Of a stretch of DNA of 64,000 nt, positions 37,001-46,800 are shown in pieces; position 1 is the stretch's first letter; each line of letters starts with the position of its first letter. The stretch comes from Azolla caroliniana (taxonomy: Eukaryota; Plantae; Polypodiophyta), in contig JBHGNT010000005.1 in assembly GCA_043228905.1 (NCBI GenBank), forward strand, positions 19,096,001-19,160,000, in the 5' to 3' direction. The translations under genes were made by a program, and so were the position numbers. A model generated the notes under the pieces. That model did not search any database, was not told where the DNA came from, and saw only the letters and a list, made by a program, of their open reading frames with translations.

Positions 37001-38808
37001 GAGGCCTTTATTGTGAAAATATACATGATGATGAATTTCCTCTGTCTGAAAGTGGTTTATATGTTACACCCCCCGATGGTAATCACAAACTAATTCCCCT
37101 TAGCTCTTGGCCTCGTTTGTTAAACATTGATTAGTATTCTGTATGATGAGAAAATATTTTGATTCATTTCAATTTCATTGTAACTGCAGGACAATATGAA
37201 GATTATCTCGAATTCATAAAACGATTACCCTCACAGCAACAGCCTGAAATTTTTGGCTTCCATGAGAATGCAAACATTACGAAGGATTTGAATGAAACAT
37301 CTATTCTTCTTTCATCTCTAGTCCTTGTTCAGCCATCAGGAATGGAATGTATTAGCTCTGCAGGCGGAACGCAAACGTCCAGTGATGATATTATCCGCGG
37401 ATTATGTGATGATATCATGCAAAAACTTCCCAATGACTTCGATTTAGACATGGCACAATCTAAGTATCCAGTCACGTATTTCGAGTCCATGAATACAGTG
37501 TTATGTCAGGTCTCCTCTCATCTCTTCTCTCAAGGAGACATCTGTATTATGTAAGAGGATGAGCATAGTATGCCTGTCTCCGTAGTTTGTACAAAGAGCT
37601 AAGAATATGTACAGAATAGGGGTGTACGAGAAAATCCTTCTCCCTTCTCTGGGAGAAAAGGAGTGTGTGAATGGCGAAGGTGACGAGTGTTTACTATATT
37701 TTGGGGCCAATGTAACAGGGTGTGTTTACTATATTCTGGCATGCATTTGCAGATTTATGAACCTGTGTGCAGGCCTATATGAATTTGATAACATCTCATA
37801 TAGCCATGGGTATTTTTGTATTTCCATCAGAAATAGGTCACACTGCTATTATCATGTACTCTATGCATTAGTATAAGCCCTGTTTTCCCAGAAGGGAACT
37901 TGCGTTCAGCATGTGGGCCATGCACTTTATATTTCAATGTCTCTATTCCAGTTATAAAATATTGTTTCCTCTGTAAAATTCTAGTCATTGACACAACTTA
38001 ATATTCCAGGAATTGCAGCGGTTCAACCGACTTCTCTGTGTTATCAGATACAGCTTGAGAGAACTCCAAAGAGCGGTAAAAGGACTAATAGTCCTAAGTG
38101 CAGAATTAGAGCAGTTGGGAAAAAGTCTAGTACAAGGGAAAATTCCAGCCATGTGGGCTGCGAAATCTTATCCCTCTCGAAAGCCTTTGTCCAGCTATGT
38201 CACAGATCTTGTAGAAAGAGTCAAATTTTTCAATGATTGGTTAATAAATGGTCCTCCTGCTGTCTACTGGCTATCTGGATTTTTCTTCACCCAATCATTT
38301 TTAACAGGGGCCAAACAAAATTATTCCCGTATGAAAAAAGTTCCAATAGACATGATAGATTTTGAGTTCAAGATAATGCAAGATCCTGTAAGTGATGTCT
38401 TCTTATGAATTGTTTAATCTTTGGCTTCTTATTCAAAGAAAAACCTTATTTGATTCAACATTTGGACAGGAAATGTGTGTAACCAAGCCAGAGATTGGCG
38501 TATATGTCCAAGGCCTGTTCATTGAAGGAGCAAAATGGGACTACACCAAATGTATGCTTGGTGAATCAGATCCAAAAGTTCTCTATTGTGCATGCCCTAT
38601 ACTATGGCTTTTCCCTCGAGAGATATGTAAGCTTGAGAAATACCCACATTACCTAAGTCCCTTGTATAAAACAAGCGACCGTCGAGGTGTTCTTTCCACA
38701 ACAGGGCATTCTACCAACTTTGTTATGGAAATAAAGCTTCCAACAGATAAACCTCCAGAGCATTGGATTAAACGAGGGGTTGCACTTTTGTCGCAGCTAG
38801 ATGAGTGA
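1092..38808 (+). CDS. DNAH7: Axonemal inner-arm dynein heavy chain (single-headed, DNAH3/7/12-like); 5' part lies upstream of the window
   Basis: Hand-spliced exons: 1092-1189,1797-1910,2612-2770,5651-5839,5942-6313,6393-6593,6681-6851(or 6845),6983-7177,7254-7609,8305-8404,8517-8708,12029-12267,12345-12537,12673-12981,13091-13157,13336-13478,13624-13955,14028-14249,14340-14498,14576-14753,15983-16276,19066-19311,19391-19558,19793-19939,20025-20126,20212-20316,21385-21518,22116-22239,25181-25339,25435-25581,25687-25805,28856-29063,29159-29431,31292-31480,31693-31797,34016-34435,34515-34659,34788-35035,35123-35239,35362-35445,35523-35606,35723-36310,36419-36532,36904-37078,37190-37509,38010-38387,38470-38808. 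Phases are consistent to the TGA at 38806-38808. Motifs: [34 protein letters not shown] (AAA1), [15 protein letters not shown] (AAA2), GPTGTGKS (AAA3), GVGGSGRQS (AAA4), stalk/[20 protein letters not shown]...[10 protein letters not shown]. The symbol is the nearest familiar family member, not established orthology. Confidence 0.95.
2990..4345 (+). mobile_element. Decayed non-LTR RT fragments with a nested 3'-end copy (~3740-3998)
   Basis: [28 protein letters not shown], then [19 protein letters not shown]...[14 protein letters not shown] (4009-4140). A 3' tail ending in TTCTTTC interrupts it. Confidence 0.85.
4350..5070 (+). mobile_element. Internally deleted Ty1/Copia relic with PPT and 3' LTR
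   Basis: Integrase C-terminal remnant [13 protein letters not shown]...TP...[19 protein letters not shown] (4478-4620), purine tract TGAGGGAGCG (4781), then an LTR starting GTTGAGAATCAAGCTC (4792) that recurs at 16781. Confidence 0.75.
5070..5475 (+). mobile_element. 5'-truncated non-LTR copy (3' end plus TTTC tail)
   Basis: Matches the family 3' ORF end and 3'UTR; ends AAAAGACGTTAATGTATCTTTCTTTCTTTC. Confidence 0.9.
8860..10000 (+). mobile_element. Old diverged copy of the non-LTR family
   Basis: Collinear similarity to 22750-24120 (AGATCAGAACC, AAACAAGGCTTTGGCCCACTA, CTGGAGATCTCTCTATCTTGGAGCAACCCATGTTGGAGAT). Confidence 0.7.
10040..11866. mobile_element. Cluster of non-LTR copies: - strand 10040-11235 and + strand pieces 11235-11866
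   Basis: (GAAA)n tail at 10041; ORF 10440-10700 with [11 protein letters not shown]...QRTITVFF; RT fragment GFTT.GHILTL; + tail ending at 11866. Confidence 0.85.
14790..15540 (-). mobile_element. Diverged non-LTR subfamily copy plus a solo tail at ~15460-15540
   Basis: ORF 15099-15287 DFPHLN...[17 protein letters not shown]; tail AAAGATATATTAACGTCTTTTAAGAGACC. Confidence 0.7.
16781..17140 (+). mobile_element. Solo/truncated Copia LTR inserted in an old non-LTR fragment
   Basis: Starts TGTTGAGAATCAAGCTCAACTCGTGTG; about 265 bp closely similar to 4792-5058. The 3' boundary is approximate. Confidence 0.75.
17278..19022. mobile_element. Non-LTR cluster: two head-to-tail - copies (17278-17540, 17541-18620) and + 3' ends (18750-19022)
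   Basis: Tails at 17278 and 17541 read GAAAGATATATTAA(C/T)GTCTTTTAAG. The C-terminal motif LRTSSHQL...CHQGVESEE is in ORFs 18273-18623 and 18034-18255. The + tail ends (TTTC)n at 19022. Confidence 0.9.
22340..24900 (-). mobile_element. Copia 3' relic (RNase H, PPT, LTR) whose LTR is split by the non-LTR copy
   Basis: RNase H motif CDNQS....[13 protein letters not shown] (ORF 24617-24805), PPT GGAGGGGGGG (24477-24486), LTR starting TGTTAGA at 24476. The flanks 22343-22480 and 24326-24395 join up in the uninterrupted homologue at 30106-30390. Confidence 0.8.
22480..24316 (+). mobile_element. Longest (1.8 kb, 5'-truncated) copy of the non-LTR family
   Basis: [35 protein letters not shown] (YADD motif), INMDKT.VMVFN, YLDVTF, then [37 protein letters not shown], 3'UTR stem-loop and TTTC tail; frameshifted. 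Confidence 0.92.
26080..28430 (-). mobile_element. Two tandem - strand non-LTR copies (26080-27286; 27287-28430) with a + tail nested at 27371-27506
   Basis: ORFs 26497-26781, 26990-27466, 27659-27943 and 27996-28217 all translate to the family C-terminus; tails at 26080, 27287 and (opposite strand) 27506. Confidence 0.92.
29615..30900 (-). mobile_element. Decayed non-LTR tails/RT fragment and a Copia LTR piece (30106-30390)
   Basis: Tail-like GGCC..GGCC segments at ~29650, ~30000 and ~30850; ORF 30500-30796 [13 protein letters not shown] matches the RT fragment at 3090. Confidence 0.65.
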
Positions 38809-39371
38809 GCGTTCGAATTTGGTTAGTTAAGGTACACATAGTAATTGCAGAAACTTGTTTCATGTATGTCTACTTCTTGGAGATTGGTTTTATCTTCGTA
38901 GGTTTTGTTCCTAATGGAGATTGTATATGCTGATACAGCAATGGGTAAGCTTCCAACAGATAAACCTCCAGAGCCTTGGATTAAACAAGGGGTTGCACTT
39001 TTGTCACAGCTAGATGAGTGACCTTTTGAATTTGAGTAAGGTACAAATAGTAATTGCAGAAACTTGTTTCGTGTATGTCTCTACTTCTCGGAGATTGGTT
39101 TTAACTTGAAAGGTTTTTTGTTCCTAATGGAGATTGTATATGCTGATACAGCAATGGGTAAGCTTCCAACAGATAAACCTCCAGAGCCTTGGATTAAACA
39201 AGGGGTTGCACTTTTGTCACAGCTAGATGAGTGACCTTTTGAATTTGAGTAAGGTACAAATAGTAATTGCAGAAACTTGTTTCGTGTATGTCTCTACTTC
39301 TCGGAGATTGGTTTTAACTTGAAAGGTTTTTTGTTCCTAATGGAGATTGTATATGCGCTGATACAGCAATG
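38734..39371 (+). repeat. Tandem triplication (213-bp period) of the dynein C-terminal codons plus 3'UTR
   Basis: Units beginning AAGCTTCCAACAGATAAACCTCCAGAG at 38734, 38947 and 39160, each containing ...CAGCTAGATGAGTGA and the following UTR. Confidence 0.95.
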
Positions 39372-39854
39372 AGTTTATTGTTTGCTCTCAATTTAAGCTG
39401 TATATTGCAAGCTCCTTGTTCAAAAGGGAGTCACAGAAGCCCTGTGATCTGCAAATTTTGCCTCTGCTGGAAACATTTTGTATCGTATCCTTGTTCCTTA
39501 AGAAACTTATCACGGTTTTACTATCTTATATACTGCTGAAGAGTTGTAGAAATGTAACCTCCGAAAGATATGAGAACTGTACAAAGTTCATTTCAATAAT
39601 AAAATTTCTCAAATTTCTTTTTCTGAAGAACTTTGGACTCTTCACTTTCATGGGTCATGCATGGAATTAATATATAGATTGTAGAAGTGTATCTACCCAA
39701 AATATATGAAATATGTAATCTATTACAAAATAAAATTTTATCATTTTTATTTGTTAAAGGTCTTGGACTCTTCACTTTCATGGGTCATGCATGTTATTGG
39801 CATGTAGATTGTAGGCAAACGGTTTGCATTCACATACATTGGTAGATATGGATA

Positions 39855-40190
39855 TTGAGTACAGGCAGATCCACAATCACCTCATCACATGTTAATCTTG
39901 TTTGGCGTACTATTATGTCGGCTCTTTGGATAATATGGAAAGCGATATGTGATTCTATTTTTTACAATGTTCACATGCATCTATGCACTATGCTTATTGA
40001 CTTCTTAATGTTATTTGTCCACACATTGTGTGGTCAATATGATGATCTGCAGGGTTCGGGTGATGTTTTGTGGCAAAGGCAAGTGGCCTTTAAGAATCGA
40101 TGCCAAGGACTTCACTTATTTTCGAATATAGCTTCTTGTCTGAAGTTGAATTATGCCATACCTTCTTTTATGTTGCATAGCTGATATTTA
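39855..40190 (+). mobile_element. Plant L1-type LINE 3' fragment
   Basis: WRTIMSALWIIWKA.C..IF resembles the W..W..RN..IF motif near the end of plant L1 ORF2; related to the 59035-59478 relic. Confidence 0.55.
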
Positions 40191-40829
40191 TTGTTCTACT
40201 TGTTTTATATATGACAGCATTTGCTTGCTTAACTTTTACTTTTGATTGTGTTATTGATATATTTAGTACAGGTAGATCCACAATCACTACATCACATCTT
40301 AATCTTGTTATGCTTAACTTTTAGTTCTCATTGTGCATGGTTATCGTTACATGGATGTAGTGGTCACAACATTGTGGCCATAAACTTATAAATGACAATA
40401 GACCAACTCACCTTTTTTCATTGACTCTAAACTTCTTTATGGTTGTTTGTTTGCTTGAAACATGTCTTTGGTCTAGTTTGTCTTTATTGGTGCATATTCT
40501 CCCAAGTGCGCTTTATCAAATGTGTTTACCCTGTATATGCATGTCTATTTTGTAGGATCTAGGTATAAGTTCAATTAGGATTATATTATCTTTTAAGATT
40601 ATAATTTTGTATGTGAAAAGAGTAATGATTCTTACTAAAAATGGCAATTTGCTAGTTTTTGTCTTTACTAGTGCATATTCTCCCCAGAACTTCATCATAT
40701 GTAACTATTTGCTACCAAATCATAACGAGGCTTTGCAAGGGAATCGCGACCACGAATGGTGCAAGGTGCGTTTTTGAGGGCGCATGTGATTTGTACCATC
40801 AAGTCTTTATCTAAAAAAGCGTGAGAGTT

Positions 40830-42700
40830 GTCGATAGATAACCTGGCTCTAACAACCTCTATCACCAATAAACTTGCTTTGGCCCCTTTTGCTATCATCA
40901 ATAACCCAACTTTGCCCCATTCTACTATCATCTATAGCCCAGCTCTTTTGGGTAACCCAAGTAACCCGACTAATTAGAGAAATCCGGTTGAAAATTTGTG
41001 CTAGATTTCAAAAAACTTCAAAAACTTCCATGTTCACAAACAAAAAACTCAAAGATCAAAATATTTGAATTTTAGATATATAAAAGTTCACCATTAAAAT
41101 TAAAATGCATGCAAATCATCTTCCCAATGTAAAATAAAAGGTCAAATATCATTTCAAACACCATTCCATTCAGATTTGGGCCACCGTGAAAATTTTAGGT
41201 ACCATTAAAATTTGAGCTACCAAAATTTCGGCCACAAAAAAATGCAAAAACATTTTTGAAGATGCTAGAAACTTCACTTACAAATTTCCAGCCACAAAAC
41301 GCTATCCAATGTTGTTTTCGGAGACCAAAAATCTAAAAATGATTTCTGATTTCATACAAAAAGTCAGAGATCATGGCTCTTGTGGGGAGGATGGCCAAAT
41401 ACAACCACAATTTTTGCAACAATCAGCATTCGAGTTCCTTGAAGTCAAGGTCAAGCCATCACAATGAAAGCATCAATACCTTCTCAATCTCACATATTGG
41501 CACCGCTTGGCACGATGAGCACCTCATTGTAGTCTTCCAGCATATGTTTTGGTCTTGTTGAGGAGTTGCCAAAAAGTTCTTATGAAATGTTTACCGTGGC
41601 TCCTCTTTTCCCACCAGTATGATGCTTTTGATTTATTGAACCTCCAGATGGTAGATTGGAATATTTTTGTCATAGATGAGGGCATATGATTTTCCAAATG
41701 TGCCATGAGTTGCCAACACCACTCAACATCAACCATGTTCGTCGATTATTATCCTTGCTCGAGCAATCGAAGGGCTTCTGACTTCATTCGTTCCCTTTCT
41801 TCGATTTCTACATTCATCTCTACTTCCCCTTCTTGTGTCAACTCAAGGTCTGCTTCCATTGTGACATCATCCATTCGCATTTGAGTCCCGTCATCTATAA
41901 ATGGTAATGACCCACATAGGGATGTTATATGCCTCTCAATTATTACTCGAATTCGAAGTAAATGCTTACGCTTACTTGCAAGGTTTTGGCAATCACAATA
42001 AGTGCATTCGAGCAAGACATTGTACCATAGAATGAGAGTGGTCATGCTCAATATGTTATAAACCAATATTGTGGATGACACCAATATCGTGCCTCATCCA
42101 CAATATGCATTGTGTTGTTATCAATCACAACCCTTTCTAGTATGTGAAGTGCTCGTACCTCAATTTGAACGCAAAATACCTGGGGAAACAATGCATCAAG
42201 GGATCCCCATCATCCTCGGTTTCAGATGCCTTAAACTCATTGTCTTCATCGGATGTAATTGGAATTGTGGAATATGATAACGTTTCCTCTATTTCATCTT
42301 CTGACATGGCAAATATGAAATCAATATCTCCCGACATTATCGGAATATTTATGTATGAAATTTATCACAATTATGAAGATGCAGCAAGTATGAACTATCT
42401 ATTGTAATGAAAACTTAGGGCAAAAATGTAAGTACAATGAACAAATATGAAGTGGACTACTTGTAATGATTGTTTATGATCATTGAAACGTGATCATTAC
42501 ATGTAGTTGGCCGACTTCTTTAATTTTGGACAGGCTACTCTTTAATGATTCAGACGAAGTTGCGAATTGTCTTCAAGTCAGGTTAGTCATTAGTGACTTC
42601 GAGTTAGGCTACTGCCTTAAGCTGGGCTACTCATTAGTGTCTTCCCATCGGGCTATTGCCTTGAGCCGGTCTACTAGCCAACATGGGGGTATTTAACATA
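40830..42700 (-). mobile_element. Probable Mutator-like (MULE) DNA transposon relic
   Basis: SWIM-like CDCQNLASK(R)KHLL in ORF 41749-42084, acidic stretches, and subterminal inverted motifs TAGCCCAGCT (40935) / AGCTGGGCTA (42620). Boundaries are approximate. Confidence 0.45.
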
Positions 42701-43885
42701 TGCCCCAAAAATAGGCACATTTTGACAATTATGAACTCTTACCAACATGCAACTTTTTCAAATCACTCAATGCATGCATCCACAAGAATCTAAACTCTAA
42801 TATCAAATCTCAACAACATTTTATCCATCCAAGTTTTACCCAACCCAACATTGCTACAAGCTACACAACAACATTTAAATTTTAAGTCGAGCTAATGCAT
42901 TGAGTAAAGTTACTAAAACCAGTTGAGTCAAGTTATTAAGATAAGCCAAGCAAGTGTGATTTGAAGTGTCACGTTACTTACGTTACAAAAAGCCAGATTT
43001 ATAATGGCACATCGCACTCACCCTTGAAAATGCAACTTGCACCATCTACAACTGCGACTCCCTCACCAACCCTTATTATGATTTGGTGGCAAATAGACAC
43101 ATCAAGTATATGCATGTCTATTTTGCAAGATTTAGGTACACGTTTGCTACTATTATATATTATCTTGTAAGATTATAATTTTGCCATTATGTGTAAAGAG
43201 TAATAATTTTTACTAAGAATGGCAATTCCCTAGTTTTAGTGTAGTGTTATAACTTTTGGATTTGACATTCGCCCTGATTTGACGCCCAAAATAAACATTT
43301 GCAACTCTTTGACAAATGCTCCTATCAAACTGCATTCAAAAGATGCATAATTTGCTACTTTCTTTTAGTCCCACAGAAACCATCTCAACCCTTTGGTAAA
43401 TGCTTCTAATCAAATTTAGCTGCTGCTAGAAACTGGCCATCAAATTTATACAAGGCCATTAGAAAGGGCCATCATAATTGTGCCATAACAAAATAGCAGT
43501 CGAATTTATACAATTTAATTAGTTTGGTGCCAAAATAGCAGTCATATTTATACAGTTTAACTAATGTGGAAGTCAAATTTTTCAGTTCGAAGTGTGCATA
43601 TCTGACAGCAGTGGGGCAGAGAATCAGCACCACAGTCAATGACCATGGTGTGCCCTCATTCTTTAGGTAGCAAAATGTTGCTCACAATATCCTATTTTTC
43701 TTGAATGTGAAGAACATGTACTCGTGAAAACTTTCACAAATTTTCTCCGACACTAATGTCACCTCATGACCAGCCTTATGGCCGTCATTTCAATATGTCA
43801 AGATCAATATAAACATTTGTCAGCACTTTTTGGTGGTGAAGTTTCAATGATGTGGCCTGCATGATGATGGACAACATAATAGATC

Positions 43886-46800
43886 CTACACCTCTAGCTT
43901 TAAGCGATTAAAAAGCACAAGGAAATTCTTTTCAGGAACAGAATAAACAAAGCCGAGCTCTGCTCCATTTAGACTACCAAATCCCTGCACAGTAAAGTGT
44001 AAAAACAATATAAAAATCCCATTGCTCTTTGATAGGCCACGAAAGACACAAATGACTTTCTTTCTCCTTTTTCTAGAGAACATAGCTGTGTATTAACTGT
44101 ATAAAAAGTGCACTAGAATTGCCATTTGCTGGGTTTTGAAATGCGGAGGATTTGTATCATTTGAAGTTCAAACGTACCTTCCCATCAAAAAGCAGCAATT
44201 CACCATCAACCCATTGAGGATTCTTAAATCCAGGTTCTGCTAGTCTTCCCTGCCCTTTGTATCTTGCAATCTTAAAAAGGGACAAGTAAATAAAACAGCT
44301 GAATAAGACAGAAAGCAAAGAATGCCCCATACTAGAATCGGAGAGTATAATATCTTAAATTTATACCAATCCCAGTTCCTCTGGAAAGAGTCCCCGGTGA
44401 GGTAGCCTATTTTCTTTACCAATCTTGGCCCGAAATGTTACCTACACACTCCATGCATTACCCTAATCAAGGACTAATGATAAGGTGAAGAAAACAAAGT
44501 TATAGATTTAGGGATGGAAATTTGGCATACCTGACCTGCTGGCACATTCATGTCTCCTGTAAGCTTAACCGCTTCAACAAATTCTACAAACTCCATCCTT
44601 TTGTCTGAATTTGTTTCGTCTGTTTCTCCATGCCAATTGCCATACTTCCTCTTTAATTGGACCAACTCCGATGTATATGGCCCAAAAGCACCGATATATA
44701 GACCTTTATGTAACAAAGAAAAGCATTCAAAATCGTCCACTCACATATCAATTGAAGGACTGCATTTTAAGAATTATTGTCATCAACAAAACCTGCCCAT
44801 AGAATGGGGAAGAAGTAAATGTGCTTATGTAAAGGCCTAAATCCAAGCCTGATTTGAGTGCCTATATGTGATTTGTGCATGGATAACAAACATTGCCTAT
44901 AAGCAAATAAACATAAGTCACCAGCCTCTCATTAAGTTTATCAATACAAGGCAAAATCTCATATAAAGCAAATCGAATATAAGCCAACAATGCCCCATGA
45001 GACGAATCGAATATCAGTTTCCTTTAATAGCAACAGATAAATCACACCGAAACACCATATGAGTTTGCAGCACATATGCAATGATTTCATCCTCATGAAT
45101 CATGATCTTGTTACATATTGACTTGTGCAGGCATGTGGACAACCATGTGCAATGCTGAGATATTTCCTTAGGAGGAGGCAACATTAGGTGGTGCATATGC
45201 ATCCTAGTGACATTGTCACATGCCAAATCATGCAGGCATGCAGACAATCATATGTAATGCAAAGACAGCCCTTAGAAGGATAAGTTGGTGTTAGGTACAT
45301 GTCCATATGCCCCTGCATGAGATTTCTCTTCCCTTCTTTCCATCGCCACTTATGGCTCTGAATGACCTAGGAGAGTGCCTAGTGTCAGTTCTGATTAGCT
45401 TAGTGCAACCAGAATGCCAGCAGTTATGATATTTGGAGACCCATATCGAAGGTTATATCCCATGGTCTATCTCTTTGAAATGGATTTTGAGTGAGACAAC
45501 CAGGGAGATAATTGTTTGAGCTTGTATCCGGCGGGAAAATTTCAAGTTCAGTGGTGACGGAGAAGGTTGCACTTAGTTCCACCAATCCTAACTCTATAGG
45601 CTCCATCAGTTCTCTCTTCCTCTAGTACCAGCCAGCAGGGATATAAAAGTTAATCCAAACCTAATTGGATATTTTCATATTCCTAATTATGAGAACTGAA
45701 ACATCCAGCACGCAAAACATCTATTTCTAAATATTTAAAACCACAAAGTCACATGGAACATCTGGATCCACAGTACTGAGTAATCTTCATCTATAAAACT
45801 TGAAACGCATGACTTTGATGAACTTTAAAAGAAAAAAAAAGGTATGATAGAATTAGCTTGTTAATATTTGTTAACATGTTCCCCATCGAGAATATTCATA
45901 ATATTTGCAGAGAATAAGTCATGAAAAATGTAAACCACCATTTGTTTTGTTAAATATTTTTAAATAAAAAATAAGACAAATAGTAAAATAAGTCTATTAG
46001 AGTAGACGTGGAATAAATGAACATTAGAAAGACGAAATGAATGTGCAATAAATAGAGAAATATGTTTATTAGAGTAGTGCAATAAATGAATGTTACAAAT
46101 AAGTTCAAGAGGAGGCCTGAACTCATGATAATTGACTTATAAAACCAATGATCAAACCAACTGAACTCTAAACAACCTTCAACTTATAAGACCAATGCTC
46201 TAACCAATGTCAAAAAAATGCAGTGAATATTTCTATAAATATTCACACTTGAATGCATACCTGAGGCATTCGTGAAAAATGCCTCACGAATACAAATATT
46301 TCAATCTATGATCAGTACTATAGTTGCAGTGAATAAAACCAATGTCTGTCTAGATCATCACAAAAGAATGCATTGAATCTATAAGTATAAAAGAACTTAT
46401 AATATTATTGTTTTCTCCCAATTCTCTGCATAATTCTCAAGTTAATGGTACATCCATATGGTGCAATTACCATGTACTCTTAGAATTCATTCAAAAATTC
46501 CTCCAACAATAAAAATAATGAGAGTTGACAGTTGAGTATTAAGAGGGAGAGATGTAACCTGTCAGTGCATCTGCATTAGAGTTTGTCAAATCAATACGAT
46601 GAAAAGCAGTACACTTGGAAAGTCCCCGTTGTCTTTGCACTTGATTAACTGCAAGCTTCAGGAGCTCTTCTAAATCTTTAGATACCTAGGGATAAGAAAT
46701 TATTTGAATTTCCATCTAGTCTTTCCATATACACTCATAATCTAATCAACAATGTTTGTCTAGTAGATGTCGATGCAAGCCACTCCAAAGGAACATTTAA

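Noticed and set aside
38734-39371. Regular repeats as a CRISPR-like array
   Set aside because: The units are contiguous 213-bp gene-derived duplicates with no unique spacers, in a eukaryotic context.
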